Positions 54,406-64,000 of a stretch of DNA of 64,000 nt are shown here, piece after piece (position 1 is the stretch's first letter; every line of letters starts with the position of its first letter). Below the pieces are notes generated by a model. The model had not been told where the DNA came from and ran no database searches. It saw only the letters and a program-made list of their open reading frames with translations. The position numbers and the translations under genes are program-made. The stretch lies in assembly GCA_963720355.1 (NCBI GenBank), contig CAVRFH010000004.1, positions 723,361 to 787,360 on the forward strand, in the 5' to 3' direction. This DNA comes from an uncultured Chloroflexia bacterium (lineage in GTDB: Bacteria; Chloroflexota; Limnocylindria; Limnocylindrales; CSP1-4).

Positions 54406-54852
54406 ATGGCGAATCCTCGAACGGCACGGGGGGCGACCGCAGCCGCGGCGCCGCCGGCGCCGACCTCGACACCCGGGCCTGAGCCGGTGGCCTCGCCGCG
54501 ACCGGAGCGCGACCCGGAGCGACCCGTCTACGTTATCAGCGTGGCGGCGAGCATCGTCAGCGTCCATCCGCGCACGTTGCGGATCTACGAGGACGAGGGG
54601 CTCCTCTGCCCCGCGCGGACGCCCACCAATATCCGCCTGTACAGCGAGAACGACATCCGTCGGATCCTCTGGATCCGGCACCTCACCCGGGAGCTCGGGG
54701 TGAACCTCGCCGGCATCCGGATCCTCTTCGAACTCGAGGAGCGCCTCGGCGCACGGATCCTCGAGGCCCTCTATGCAGAAGGCACGGGCGATGCGTCGGC
54801 CATGCGGCCGACCGAACCGGTGCTCCGCGATCGATCGACGGCCGACCGATGA
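54406..54852 (+). CDS. hspR: MerR-family heat-shock repressor HspR-like
   Basis: VYVISVAASIVSVHPRTLRIYEDEGLLCPARTPTNIRLYSENDIRRILWIRHLTRELGVNLAGIRILFELEERL is a MerR HTH of the HspR type; a Pro/Ala-rich N-terminus, so the true start may be later. Confidence 0.7.
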   Translation: MANPRTARGATAAAAPPAPTSTPGPEPVASPRPERDPERPVYVISVAASIVSVHPRTLRIYEDEGLLCPARTPTNIRLYSENDIRRILWIRHLTRELGVNLAGIRILFELEERLGARILEALYAEGTGDASAMRPTEPVLRDRSTADR

Positions 54853-54929
54853 CCGACCGACCGTCCAGACCCACGTCAGCGAGGCGCCGCCGCGCCGACA
54901 TCGACACCGCACGTCAGGAGAAGCCACCG

Positions 54930-57428
54930 ATGGCAAAGCGACCGTCCAACCCGGTCGACGACACGCAGCAGAACGGGACCGCGACGGGACCCCGCGACCT
55001 GCCCCTCGTCGCACTCCGGGAGACGGTCATCTTCCCGGAGATGATCGTCCCGCTCCAGGTGGGCCGCGAGAAGAGCGTCAACGCGCTCAACGCCGCGGTC
55101 GCCGAAGGCGGACCCATCGCACTCGTCACCCAGCGTCAGGCCGAGCAGGAGGACATCAACGATCCTGCCGAGCTCTACACGATCGGCACGCTGGCCAAGA
55201 TCGCCCAGGTCGTCCAGCTCCAGGACGGCACCGTCCGTGCCATCGTCCAAGGCCAGTCGCGACTGCGCCTGCGGGCGTTCAGCCAGGCAGAACCGTATCT
55301 CCGGGCGTCCATCGAAGAGCTGCCCGACGAGACGCCGGACGGTCTCGAGGTCGAGGCGCTCATGCGCACGGTCCAGGCCCAGATCGAGCAGTACGTCGCC
55401 AACGGTGCGCCCGTGCCGCCGGAGGCGGCCGTCGCCGCGCGCAACATCAGCGAGCCCGGGCTGCTCGCCGACATGGTCGCGTACAGCCCCGACATGACCA
55501 CCGAGCAGCGCCAGGAGCTGCTCGAGACGATCGACGTCGTGGAGCGCCTCAAGCTCGTCTCGAACTTCCTGGCCCACCAGGTCGAGATCCTCGAGCTGAA
55601 GGGGCGCATCCAGTCCGAGGTCAAGTCCGAGATGGACAAGACCCAGCGCGAGTACATCCTCCGCGAGCAACTCAAGGCGATCCAGCGTGAGCTCGGCGAG
55701 GACGATCCGCAGCAGGCCGAGATCAACGAGCTGCGCGAGAAGGTCGAAGCGGCGGGCATGCCCGACGAGATCAAGGCACGGGCGATCAAGGAAGTCGACC
55801 GGATGAGCCGGATCCCGTCCGCCTCGCCCGAGGTCGGCGTCATCCGGACGTACGTGGACTGGCTGATCAGCCTGCCGTGGAACGTCGCGACGGATGACCA
55901 GCTCGACATCAAGGAAGCCGCGCGCATCCTCGACGAGGACCACTACGGGCTCGAGAAGATCAAGGAGCGCATCCTCGAGTACCTCGCGGTGCGCACGCTG
56001 GCGGACGAGATCCGCAGCCCGATCCTCGCCTTCGTCGGACCCCCCGGCGTGGGCAAGACCAGCCTGGGCAAGAGCATCGCCCGGGCGATGGGCCGCAAGT
56101 TCGTCCGGATGAGCCTCGGCGGCATCCACGACGAGGCCGAGATCCGCGGTCACCGGCGCACGTACATCGGCGCCCTGCCCGGCCGCATCATCCAGAGCAT
56201 CAAGACGGCCGGGTCGAACAACCCGGTGTTCATGCTCGACGAGGTCGACAAGATCGGGATGGACTTCCGGGGCGACCCGTCGTCCGCCCTGCTCGAGGTG
56301 CTCGACCCGGAGCAGAACAACAGCTTCCAGGACAACTACCTGGAGGTGCCGTTCGACCTGAGCAAGGCGCTGTTCATCGCGACGGCCAACCTGCTCGACC
56401 CGATCCCGGCCGCGCTGCGCGACCGGATGGAGATCGTCCAGCTGCCCGGCTATACCGAGACCGAGAAGATCGAGATCGGCAAGCGCTTCCTCATCCCCAA
56501 GCAGATGACGAACCACGGCCTCACGCCCAAGACGATCGAGATCACCGATGGGGCGATGACCGAGCTCGTGCGCTCGTACACGCACGAGGCCGGCGTCCGG
56601 AACCTCGAACGCGAGATCGCCAACGTCATGCGCAAGGTCGCCCGGCAGGTCGCCGAGGGCCGCAAGCGCAAGACCGTCGTCGACGAGAAGAAGCTGGCCG
56701 AGTTCCTCGGGCCGCAGCGCTTCGAATACGGCGAGCTCGAGGCGGAGGACCAGATCGGCTCCGCGACGGGCCTGGTGGTGACCGAGGTCGGTGGCGACGT
56801 CGTCGCCATCGAGGTGACCCGCATGGAGGGCAAGGAGGACTTCATCCTCACGGGCCAGCTGGGCGAGGTCATGCGCGAGAGCGCCCGTGCCGGTCTGTCC
56901 TGGACGCGAGCGCACGCCCGCGACCTGGGCGTCAATCGCGAGATCTTCGAGCGCAACACGCTGCACATCCACGTCCCGGCGGGAGCCATCCCCAAGGACG
57001 GGCCGTCGGCCGGGATCACGATGGCCACGGCCATCGTCAGCGCGCTCTCGGGCATCCCCGTCCGCAAGGATGTGGCGATGACCGGCGAGATCACGCTCCG
57101 TGGCCGCGTGCTGCCGATCGGCGGGCTCAAGAGCAAGATCCTGGCCGCGCACCTGTCGGGTGCCAAGACCGTGATCATCCCCAGGAAGAACGAGAAGGAC
57201 CTGCGCGATATCCCCGACGAGATCCGCAAGTCCATGAAGCTCATCCTGGTCGACACCATGGAGCAGGTCCTCGAGGCGGCCCTCCGGCGCAAGCCGAAGC
57301 CCCTCGAGGCCGAGCCCCCGAAGGTCCTCAAGGGCGGTGACCCACTCGACCCCGAGCCCGAGGCCCGGGTCCGACGGACCAACTTCCCACCTTCGGATCA
57401 GCCCCCGGTCGTCGTCGAGAGGCACTGA
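54930..57428 (+). CDS. lon: ATP-dependent Lon protease (endopeptidase La)
   Basis: LON N-domain, AAA+ module ([24 protein letters not shown]) and protease domain ([19 protein letters not shown], catalytic Ser); start placed at ATG 54930. Confidence 0.9.
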   Translation: MAKRPSNPVDDTQQNGTATGPRDLPLVALRETVIFPEMIVPLQVGREKSVNALNAAVAEGGPIALVTQRQAEQEDINDPAELYTIGTLAKIAQVVQLQDGTVRAIVQGQSRLRLRAFSQAEPYLRASIEELPDETPDGLEVEALMRTVQAQIEQYVANGAPVPPEAAVAARNISEPGLLADMVAYSPDMTTEQRQELLETIDVVERLKLVSNFLAHQVEILELKGRIQSEVKSEMDKTQREYILREQLKAIQRELGEDDPQQAEINELREKVEAAGMPDEIKARAIKEVDRMSRIPSASPEVGVIRTYVDWLISLPWNVATDDQLDIKEAARILDEDHYGLEKIKERILEYLAVRTLADEIRSPILAFVGPPGVGKTSLGKSIARAMGRKFVRMSLGGIHDEAEIRGHRRTYIGALPGRIIQSIKTAGSNNPVFMLDEVDKIGMDFRGDPSSALLEVLDPEQNNSFQDNYLEVPFDLSKALFIATANLLDPIPAALRDRMEIVQLPGYTETEKIEIGKRFLIPKQMTNHGLTPKTIEITDGAMTELVRSYTHEAGVRNLEREIANVMRKVARQVAEGRKRKTVVDEKKLAEFLGPQRFEYGELEAEDQIGSATGLVVTEVGGDVVAIEVTRMEGKEDFILTGQLGEVMRESARAGLSWTRAHARDLGVNREIFERNTLHIHVPAGAIPKDGPSAGITMATAIVSALSGIPVRKDVAMTGEITLRGRVLPIGGLKSKILAAHLSGAKTVIIPRKNEKDLRDIPDEIRKSMKLILVDTMEQVLEAALRRKPKPLEAEPPKVLKGGDPLDPEPEARVRRTNFPPSDQPPVVVERH

Positions 57429-57479
57429 CCACGGGATCGCCGACTACGCCGTCGGTCCTGACCCACACGGGTAGAAACG

Positions 57480-58538
57480 ATGGAGTACCGCGACTATTAC
57501 GCCGTCCTTGGGGTTCCGAGGACCGCGTCACAGGCCGACATCAAGAAGGCGTTCCGGAAGCTCGCCCGGAAGCATCACCCTGACACCAACACGGGCGATG
57601 CCGAGGCCGAGCGGAAGTTCAAGGCCGTCAACGAGGCGAACGCCGTGTTGTCGGATCCGGACAAGCGCACGCTCTATGACCGACTGGGCAAGGATTGGGA
57701 GGCCTACGCCCGTGCCGGCGCGACCGCCGGTTCGGCGGCGGGCCGTGCAGGCGGGCCCGCCGCTGGCGGGCCGTCCGGTGGGTACGCCGGCTTCGGCGGG
57801 CCGGGCGGCGGTGTCCGGTACGAGTTCCGCACGGCCGGCGACGCCGGCGACTTCAGCGACTTCTTCCAGGCGTTCTTCGGCGGGGCATCGGAGCCCCTCG
57901 CCGGTACCGACCGCGGTCGTCGGCCCACCGGCGGCCCCACGTTCGAGGAGATTCTCGCCGGTATGGGCATCGACGCCGACGGCCGGCCGGCCGGGACGAC
58001 CCGGCAGACCAGCGCACCGGCCCGCCGCCCATCGGCGGAGGCGATCGCCGACATCACCCTCGACGAGGCGTACCACGGCACGAGCCGGCTGATCGACATC
58101 GAGGGCAAGCGCCTCGAGGTGACGATCCCCAAGGGCGCCGACACCGGGACGCGCATCCGCCTGACGGGCAAGGCGCCGGGCGGCGGCGACCTCTTCGTCG
58201 TCGTCCGCCAGGAGCCGCATCCCGTCTTCACCCGGCGCGGCGCCGATCTCGAGCGGGAGCTGCCCCTGACCCTCCGCGAGGCGCTGCTCGGCGGCGACGT
58301 CCACGTGCGAACCCCGAAGGGTCGCGTGCTGCTGACCGTCCCGGCCGGGACCCAGACGGGCCGGACCTTCCGGCTCACCGGCCAGGGCATGCCCCGCTTC
58401 AAGACCGACGGCCACGGCGACCTGTACGCCAAGGCCAAGGTCATCATCCCGACCGATCTCTCCGCGGAGGCCCGCGCCGCCGCGGACGAGCTGTTCCGGC
58501 TGGTCGACCAGCCCGATCCCCGAGCACGAGAGACCTGA
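57480..58538 (+). CDS. J-domain co-chaperone lacking the CxxCxGxG zinc finger (CbpA/DnaJ-like)
   Basis: J domain with HPD ([30 protein letters not shown]), a Gly-rich linker and DnaJ C-terminal beta domains; no Cys-rich zinc module. Confidence 0.8.
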   Translation: MEYRDYYAVLGVPRTASQADIKKAFRKLARKHHPDTNTGDAEAERKFKAVNEANAVLSDPDKRTLYDRLGKDWEAYARAGATAGSAAGRAGGPAAGGPSGGYAGFGGPGGGVRYEFRTAGDAGDFSDFFQAFFGGASEPLAGTDRGRRPTGGPTFEEILAGMGIDADGRPAGTTRQTSAPARRPSAEAIADITLDEAYHGTSRLIDIEGKRLEVTIPKGADTGTRIRLTGKAPGGGDLFVVVRQEPHPVFTRRGADLERELPLTLREALLGGDVHVRTPKGRVLLTVPAGTQTGRTFRLTGQGMPRFKTDGHGDLYAKAKVIIPTDLSAEARAAADELFRLVDQPDPRARET

Positions 58539-58542
58539 ACCG

Positions 58543-61299
58543 ATGCAACTCGACCAATTCACCCAGAAGGCCCAGGAGGCCATCGTCGCCGCCCAGCAGA
58601 CCGCCCAGCGGCTGGAATCGCCGATCCTCGACGCCGAGCACCTGCTCAGCGCCCTCATCGAGCCCGACGACGGGATCCCGGCCGAGACGCTGCGACGCCT
58701 CGGGGTCGACCTCCCCGGGTTCCGCGGCGAGCTCGCGGCCGCGCTGTCGCGTCGTGCCCGGATCACGGGCGGCTCGCTCACGCTCGACCCGCGCGCCAAG
58801 GGCGTGTTCGATCGCGCCGAGGCCGAGGCGCGCCGGCTCGGCGACGAGTACGTCTCGACCGAGCACCTGCTGCTCGGGACCGCCGATGCCGGGGGCGATG
58901 CGCAGACCCTGCTCGAGGAGCACGCAGCCGGCAAGGAGGCCATCCTCCAGGCCCTCCAGAGCGTGCGTGGTGGACAGCGCGTCACGTCGCCCAACCCGGA
59001 AGGGACGTACGCCGCGCTCGAGAAGTACGGCCGCGACCTCACGACCGAGGCCCGCGCGGGCAAGCTCGATCCGGTGGTCGGCCGCGACGAGGAGATCCGG
59101 CGCGTCATCCAGGTGTTGTCGCGCCGCACGAAGAACAACCCGGTCCTCATCGGCGAGCCCGGCGTCGGCAAGACGGCGATCGCCGAGGGTCTCGCGCAGC
59201 GCATCGTGCGGGGCGACGTCCCGGAGGGCCTCAAGGGCAAGCGCGTCGTCGCACTGGACCTCGGAGCGCTGATCGCCGGCGCCAAGTTCCGTGGCGAGTT
59301 CGAGGAGCGGCTCAAGGCCGTGCTCAAGGAGATCAAGGACAGCGACGGCCAGGTCGTCCTGTTCATCGACGAGCTCCACACCGTCGTCGGGGCCGGCGCC
59401 GCAGAGGGCGCCATGGACGCGTCCAACCTGCTCAAGCCGATGCTCGCCCGCGGCGAGCTGCACACGATCGGGGCGACCACGCTCGACGAATACCGCAAGT
59501 ACATCGAGAAGGATGCCGCGCTCGAGCGTCGCTTCCAGCCGGTCCTCGTCGACCAGCCGTCGGTCGAGGAGACGATCAGCATCCTGCGCGGCCTGCGCGA
59601 GCGGTACGAGGTCCATCACGGCGTCCGGATCACCAATTCCGCCCTCGTCGCCGCGGCGACGCTCTCCGATCGCTACATCAGCGACCGGTTCCTGCCCGAC
59701 AAGGCGATCGATCTCGTCGACGAGGCGGCATCCCGGCTACGCATGGAGATCGACTCGATGCCGATCGAGATCGACGAGCTCGAGCGCCGCCGGATCCAGC
59801 TCGAGATCGAGCGCGAGGCGCTGCGCAAGGAGACCGACGAGGCGTCGAAGACCCGGCTCGAGGCCCTTGAGAAGGAGCTCGCCGACCTCGAGGAGGAGGT
59901 CGGCGGCCTGAAGCAGCGCTGGGAGGCCGAGACGTCGGCGATCGCCGCGACCCGGGCGACGCGTACCGAGCTCGAGGCGCTCGCGACGCGCATCGAGCAG
60001 GCCGAGCGCGAAGCCGACTTCGCGACGGCGGCCGAGCTGAAGTACGGGACCCAGAAGACGCTCCAGGACACGCTCGCCGAGCAGGAAGCCGCGCTCGCGG
60101 CGCTGCAGGGCCCCGGCACCCTCCTGAAGGAGGAGGTCGGCGCGGACGACATCGCGGAGATCGTCGGCGCCTGGACCGGGATCCCCGTCAGCCGCCTGAT
60201 GGAAGGCGAGACGGCGAAGCTGATCCGCATGGAGGAGCGGCTCCATGACCGCGTCGTCGGCCAGGACGAGGCCATCCAGGCCGTGTCCGACGCCGTCCGC
60301 CGGGCACGGGCCGGGCTGAAGGACCCGGGTCGCCCGATCGGCTCGTTCCTGTTCCTCGGCCCGACCGGGGTCGGCAAGACGGAGCTCGCTCGTGCGCTCG
60401 CGGAGTTCCTGTTCGACGACGAGAGCGCGATGGTCCGGATCGACATGAGCGAGTACATGGAGAAGTTCGCCGTGTCGCGCCTGCTCGGGGCGCCCCCGGG
60501 CTATGTCGGCTACGAGGAGGGCGGCCAGCTGACCGAGGCGGTCCGTCGCCGGCCATACCAGGTCGTCCTGCTCGACGAGATCGAGAAGGCCCACCCGGAC
60601 GTGTTCAACGTGCTGCTCCAGGTCCTCGACGACGGCCGCCTGACCGACGGGCAGGGCCGGACCGTCGACTTCAAGAACAGCGTCGTGATCATGACCAGCA
60701 ACATCGGCTCCGCTGCGATCGCGGCGACCGGCGCTCGCGCCGGTGACGCCGCCTACGAGGCGATGAAGCGCGACGTCACCGAGGCGCTCCGATCGCAGTT
60801 CCGTCCCGAGTTCCTGAACCGTGTCGACGAGGTCATCGTGTTCCACGCGCTGACCGATGCCGACCTGGCCGCGATCGTCGATCTCCTGCTCGCCGACCTC
60901 GATCGGCGCTTGGCGAGCCAGGACATCCAGCTCGAGCTGACGGCATCCGCGAAGGCGCTCATCGTGCGCGAGGGTACGGACCCCGCGTACGGGGCGCGAC
61001 CGCTCAAGCGGACGATCCAGCGCCTCGTCGAGAACCAGCTGGCGCGTGCCCTGGTCGCCGGCGAGTTCCGGCCCGGCGACACCGTCACGGCCGACGCCGA
61101 CCTGGGGTCGGGCACGCTGATCTTCTCGACCGAGGGGGCGACCGTCGTCGCCGAGGGCGGTCGGCGGGACGCTCGTTCGACGCCGGCCGGGGATGCCACG
61201 GTCGGGGCCGGCGCCGGCGGCCGGCGCGGTCGTTCCGGATCGCCCCTGGATCTCCCGGCGACGCGCCCCGAGCGCGACGACGGCGAGCTCGTCAACTAG
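58543..61299 (+). CDS. clpB: ATP-dependent chaperone ClpB
   Basis: Clp_N; NBD1 ([17 protein letters not shown]); a long coiled-coil middle domain; NBD2 ([18 protein letters not shown]); 918 aa, intact. Confidence 0.9.
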   Translation: MQLDQFTQKAQEAIVAAQQTAQRLESPILDAEHLLSALIEPDDGIPAETLRRLGVDLPGFRGELAAALSRRARITGGSLTLDPRAKGVFDRAEAEARRLGDEYVSTEHLLLGTADAGGDAQTLLEEHAAGKEAILQALQSVRGGQRVTSPNPEGTYAALEKYGRDLTTEARAGKLDPVVGRDEEIRRVIQVLSRRTKNNPVLIGEPGVGKTAIAEGLAQRIVRGDVPEGLKGKRVVALDLGALIAGAKFRGEFEERLKAVLKEIKDSDGQVVLFIDELHTVVGAGAAEGAMDASNLLKPMLARGELHTIGATTLDEYRKYIEKDAALERRFQPVLVDQPSVEETISILRGLRERYEVHHGVRITNSALVAAATLSDRYISDRFLPDKAIDLVDEAASRLRMEIDSMPIEIDELERRRIQLEIEREALRKETDEASKTRLEALEKELADLEEEVGGLKQRWEAETSAIAATRATRTELEALATRIEQAEREADFATAAELKYGTQKTLQDTLAEQEAALAALQGPGTLLKEEVGADDIAEIVGAWTGIPVSRLMEGETAKLIRMEERLHDRVVGQDEAIQAVSDAVRRARAGLKDPGRPIGSFLFLGPTGVGKTELARALAEFLFDDESAMVRIDMSEYMEKFAVSRLLGAPPGYVGYEEGGQLTEAVRRRPYQVVLLDEIEKAHPDVFNVLLQVLDDGRLTDGQGRTVDFKNSVVIMTSNIGSAAIAATGARAGDAAYEAMKRDVTEALRSQFRPEFLNRVDEVIVFHALTDADLAAIVDLLLADLDRRLASQDIQLELTASAKALIVREGTDPAYGARPLKRTIQRLVENQLARALVAGEFRPGDTVTADADLGSGTLIFSTEGATVVAEGGRRDARSTPAGDATVGAGAGGRRGRSGSPLDLPATRPERDDGELVN

Positions 61300-61316
61300 G
61301 CCCGGCCGGCCGGCGG

Positions 61317-61988
61317 ATGCGCTTCGAGGCGGCCGTCGCACGACTCGAGCCGCTGCCCGACCCGCTCCCGCCGCCGCTCGATGCGCTGCTCCCGGTCCGC
61401 CTCGACGGGCTCGACTGGCGGGCCACCCCCGTCCGCGACGAGCTGCCGGGCCGGCCGGCGGCCGTGCTCGTGCTGCTGTACCCGGACGCCGACGGCGAGG
61501 CGCGCCTCGTCCTGATCGAACGGCCGACCCGCGACGGGCAGCATCACTCTGGCGAGGTGAGCTTCCCGGGTGGCAAGGCCGAGCCCGAAGACGACGATGC
61601 CGCCGCGACCGCCCTGCGCGAGGCGGCTGAGGAGGTCGGGCTGGACGCCGACATCGCCGACGTCCGGGTGGTCGGGCGGCTCGACCGGCTGTGGATCCCG
61701 GTGAGCGATTTCGCGGTGACGCCGATCGTGGCGCTCGCCGCGCGGCGCCCGCAGATGCGGCCGGCACCCGCCGAGGTCGTGCGCATCCTCGAGCCGCCCG
61801 TCGATGCGTTCCTTCCGCACGCGCCCGTCGACATGGTCGAGCGCACGATCCGCGGCTGGGACCTGCGCTACGGCCAGTACGCGATCGACGGGTTGGCGGT
61901 GTGGGGGGCGACGGCCCGGGTGCTCAGCCAACTCGGGGCCGTCCTCGGGGCGGCCGACGCCGCACGGCCGGCGCCGTCGGGGAACTAG
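61317..61988 (+). CDS. Nudix hydrolase (CoA-pyrophosphatase NudL-like)
   Basis: Nudix box GGKAEPEDDDAAATALREAAEEVGL and the upstream LLYPD...LVLIER pattern of CoA pyrophosphatases. Confidence 0.7.
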   Translation: MRFEAAVARLEPLPDPLPPPLDALLPVRLDGLDWRATPVRDELPGRPAAVLVLLYPDADGEARLVLIERPTRDGQHHSGEVSFPGGKAEPEDDDAAATALREAAEEVGLDADIADVRVVGRLDRLWIPVSDFAVTPIVALAARRPQMRPAPAEVVRILEPPVDAFLPHAPVDMVERTIRGWDLRYGQYAIDGLAVWGATARVLSQLGAVLGAADAARPAPSGN

Positions 61989-62123
61989 CGCCACCGTCCC
62001 ACCGTCGAAGCGGCGGCCCGACGACGCACTAGTGGCGTCCCACCGGGACCTGCGGACCGCCCAGGTGGTCCGCCCAAGTGCCCGGGTGCCGGTCCCCATG
62101 GCATCCGGACGGGAGGTTGCGCG

Positions 62124-63641
62124 ATGCGCACGCCACTCCTGTCCCTGGTCGCCGTCGCCCTCGTGGCGAGCGCGTGTTCCGGGGCTCCCACGACCGGCTA
62201 CGCCGATCCGCCGCCGGACCCCGGCCACCACCGTCCCACCGCCGATCCGTGGCCCGAGGAACCTGCCCCGACCCCGTACGACGGGGTGACGTACCAGGAT
62301 CGGGGCGTCAACCCGTACGTCGACCCGGCCGAGGACCGGGTGTCCACCTTCGCCCTCGACGTCGACACCGCCTCGTACACCATCGCCCAGCGCTACATCG
62401 ACGACGGCTACCGACCGGATCCCGCCAGCGTCCGGGTCGAGGAATGGGTCAACGCGTTCGATCAGGGATACCGTCGGCCGGTCGACGGCACGTTCGCGAT
62501 CCTCGCGGACGGTGGGCCGACGCCGTTCACCGACCGCGACGAGGTCCTGCTCCGGATCGGGCTGCAGGCACGCGACATCCGCGATCGGGCCCGCGCCGAT
62601 ACCGCGCTGACGTTCGTCATCGACACGTCCGGCTCGATGGAGCGCGAGGGCCGCCTCGAGCTTGTCAAGGACGCGCTCGGGGAGCTCGTCACCGGCCTGC
62701 GGCGGGGCGACACCGTGGCCATCGTCACGTTCGGCGACGAGGGGCGGGTCGTCCTCGAGCCGACGCCGGCGACCCACACCGAGGAGATCCTCGACGTCAT
62801 CGGACGACTGCGGACGAGCGGGTCGACCAATCTCGAGCACGGCCTCCAGCTCGGCTACGAGCTGGCCCGTTCCTCGCTGACCGAGAACGGCATCGACCGG
62901 GTCGTCCTCGCATCCGACGGAGTGGCCAACGTCGGCCTGACCGACCCCGAGGGCATCCTCGAGAGCATCCGCCGCGATGCGGCCGCCGGCATCGAGCTCG
63001 TGTCGGTCGGTGTCGGGATGGGCAACTACAACGACGTCCTGCTCGAGCAGCTCGCCGACCATGGCGACGGGTTCTATGCCTACGTGAACGGACCGGACGA
63101 GGCCCGACGGCTGTTCAGCGAGGATCTCACCGGCACCCTGCAGACGGTCGCGCTCGACGCCCGCGCGCAGATCGAGTTCGACCCGGATGTCGTCGCCGCC
63201 TACCGGCTCGTCGGCTACGAGAACCGCGACGTCCCGGACCAGCAGTTCACCGACGAGGGCATCGACGCCGGCGCGATCGGCGCCGGCCACAGCGCGACGG
63301 CCCTGTACGCCATCCGCCTCGCCGAGGACGCCGGGCAGGCTCATCTCGCGACCGTCCGCCTGCGCTGGACCGACCCGGACAGCGGCCGCGTCGACGAGAT
63401 CGCCAGCGAGGTCCGGACGAACGACCTGTCCCGGCACTTCCAGGGTACCGACCCGTTCTTCCGGTTCGACGCCGTCGTCGCTTCGACCGCCGAGGTCCTT
63501 CGCGGCAGCCCGTGGGCCGGCCATCTCGCCCTCACCGACATCGCCGAGGTGGCGTACCAGGAGACCGAGGGGCTGCCGCCCACCGACGAGGTCCACGCGT
63601 TCCTCGATCTGCTCGACCGCCTCGCCCGCATGGACGGCTAG
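62124..63641 (+). CDS. von Willebrand factor A-domain lipoprotein (YfbK-like)
   Basis: Lipobox LVASACSG; VWA MIDAS motif (FVIDTSGSMEREGRLE ... T ... D); C-terminal region typical of the YfbK family. Confidence 0.75.
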   Translation: MRTPLLSLVAVALVASACSGAPTTGYADPPPDPGHHRPTADPWPEEPAPTPYDGVTYQDRGVNPYVDPAEDRVSTFALDVDTASYTIAQRYIDDGYRPDPASVRVEEWVNAFDQGYRRPVDGTFAILADGGPTPFTDRDEVLLRIGLQARDIRDRARADTALTFVIDTSGSMEREGRLELVKDALGELVTGLRRGDTVAIVTFGDEGRVVLEPTPATHTEEILDVIGRLRTSGSTNLEHGLQLGYELARSSLTENGIDRVVLASDGVANVGLTDPEGILESIRRDAAAGIELVSVGVGMGNYNDVLLEQLADHGDGFYAYVNGPDEARRLFSEDLTGTLQTVALDARAQIEFDPDVVAAYRLVGYENRDVPDQQFTDEGIDAGAIGAGHSATALYAIRLAEDAGQAHLATVRLRWTDPDSGRVDEIASEVRTNDLSRHFQGTDPFFRFDAVVASTAEVLRGSPWAGHLALTDIAEVAYQETEGLPPTDEVHAFLDLLDRLARMDG

Positions 63642-63708
63642 CGGGCTTCGTCGAAATCCACCCGCGGGCAGGGGCAGGAGGAGGCCCCGGCCCGCCGTCA
63701 CGGCCCGG

Positions 63709-64000
63709 TCAGGCCGGTTCGCCGGCCTCCGGGTCGTGACGCGTCTGGCGCCCATCCGCGACGAGCCCGCCCGTGGCGCGTTCGACCGGCCCGTCGGGCG
63801 TGCCCGGTTCGGCGATCTGACCTTCGAGGATGCCGCGGACCGCGACGTCGTCGGCGCCGGTCTGCTCGATGAGGAAGGCGCGCATCTCGGAGTGCTCGGT
63901 CCACGCGGCGTGGGGCACGTCCGCCGGCCAGAGCACGGCCTCGCCGGCCGCGACGCGCGTCCGCTCCTCGCCGACGCCGACCCAGCCGCCGCCCTCGATC
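63709..64000 (-). CDS. Cupin-domain protein, partial (5' end beyond the window)
   Basis: The reverse strand reads ...GGGWVGVGEERTRVAAGEAVLWPADVPHAAWTEHSEMRAFLIEQ..., the cupin_2 motif region; the ORF runs off the 3' edge. Confidence 0.5.
   Translation of the reverse strand, partial: IEGGGWVGVGEERTRVAAGEAVLWPADVPHAAWTEHSEMRAFLIEQTGADDVAVRGILEGQIAEPGTPDGPVERATGGLVADGRQTRHDPEAGEPA

Overview
High-GC (about 72%) chromosomal segment that looks actinobacterial: it carries a mycothiol amidase/deacetylase-type PIG-L enzyme, an AAC(2') acetyltransferase, an HspR-like MerR regulator and a CGNR zinc-finger protein. It holds about 65 genes and two tRNAs (tRNA-Asp-GTC on the minus strand, tRNA-Arg-CCG on the plus strand); there are no rRNA genes, no CRISPR array and no transposase or integrase. 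Recognisable blocks, in order:
- a Dpp/Opp-type peptide ABC transporter that runs off the 5' edge;
- a zur-zupT zinc operon;
- a CapA-like secreted metallophosphatase;
- ltaE and a DUF885 protein;
- a disrupted hisA-like gene, two cyclophilins and a PLP decarboxylase;
- an AT-richer island with sRNA-like signals;
- a TetR gene bracketed by a duplicated 5' half of tRNA-Arg;
- an ArsR-AHSA1 pair;
- an aac(2')-containing five-gene operon;
- acyP and holB, then a NYN-domain nuclease with a roughly 480-aa Arg/Gly-rich disordered tail;
- a complete liv branched-chain amino-acid ABC operon and an FtsX-type ABC transporter, both riddled with frameshifts;
- disrupted hpt; csoR; a cytoplasmic histidine kinase; rsmG;
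- a KimA-like/usp/trkA/trkA potassium locus;
- a same-strand hspR-lon-J-domain chaperone-clpB heat-shock cluster behind a HAIR-like promoter;
- a Nudix hydrolase, a VWA lipoprotein and a cupin gene that runs off the 3' edge.
The most striking pattern is the uneven distribution of frameshifts. Two regions (13.6-16.9 kb and 34.5-46.6 kb) hold about 45 indels, while flanking blocks of 9-11 kb hold none. Either these are real pseudogenes or the assembly is locally poor; I cannot tell which from the sequence alone. Families named below are recognised from memory of their motifs, not from a database search.
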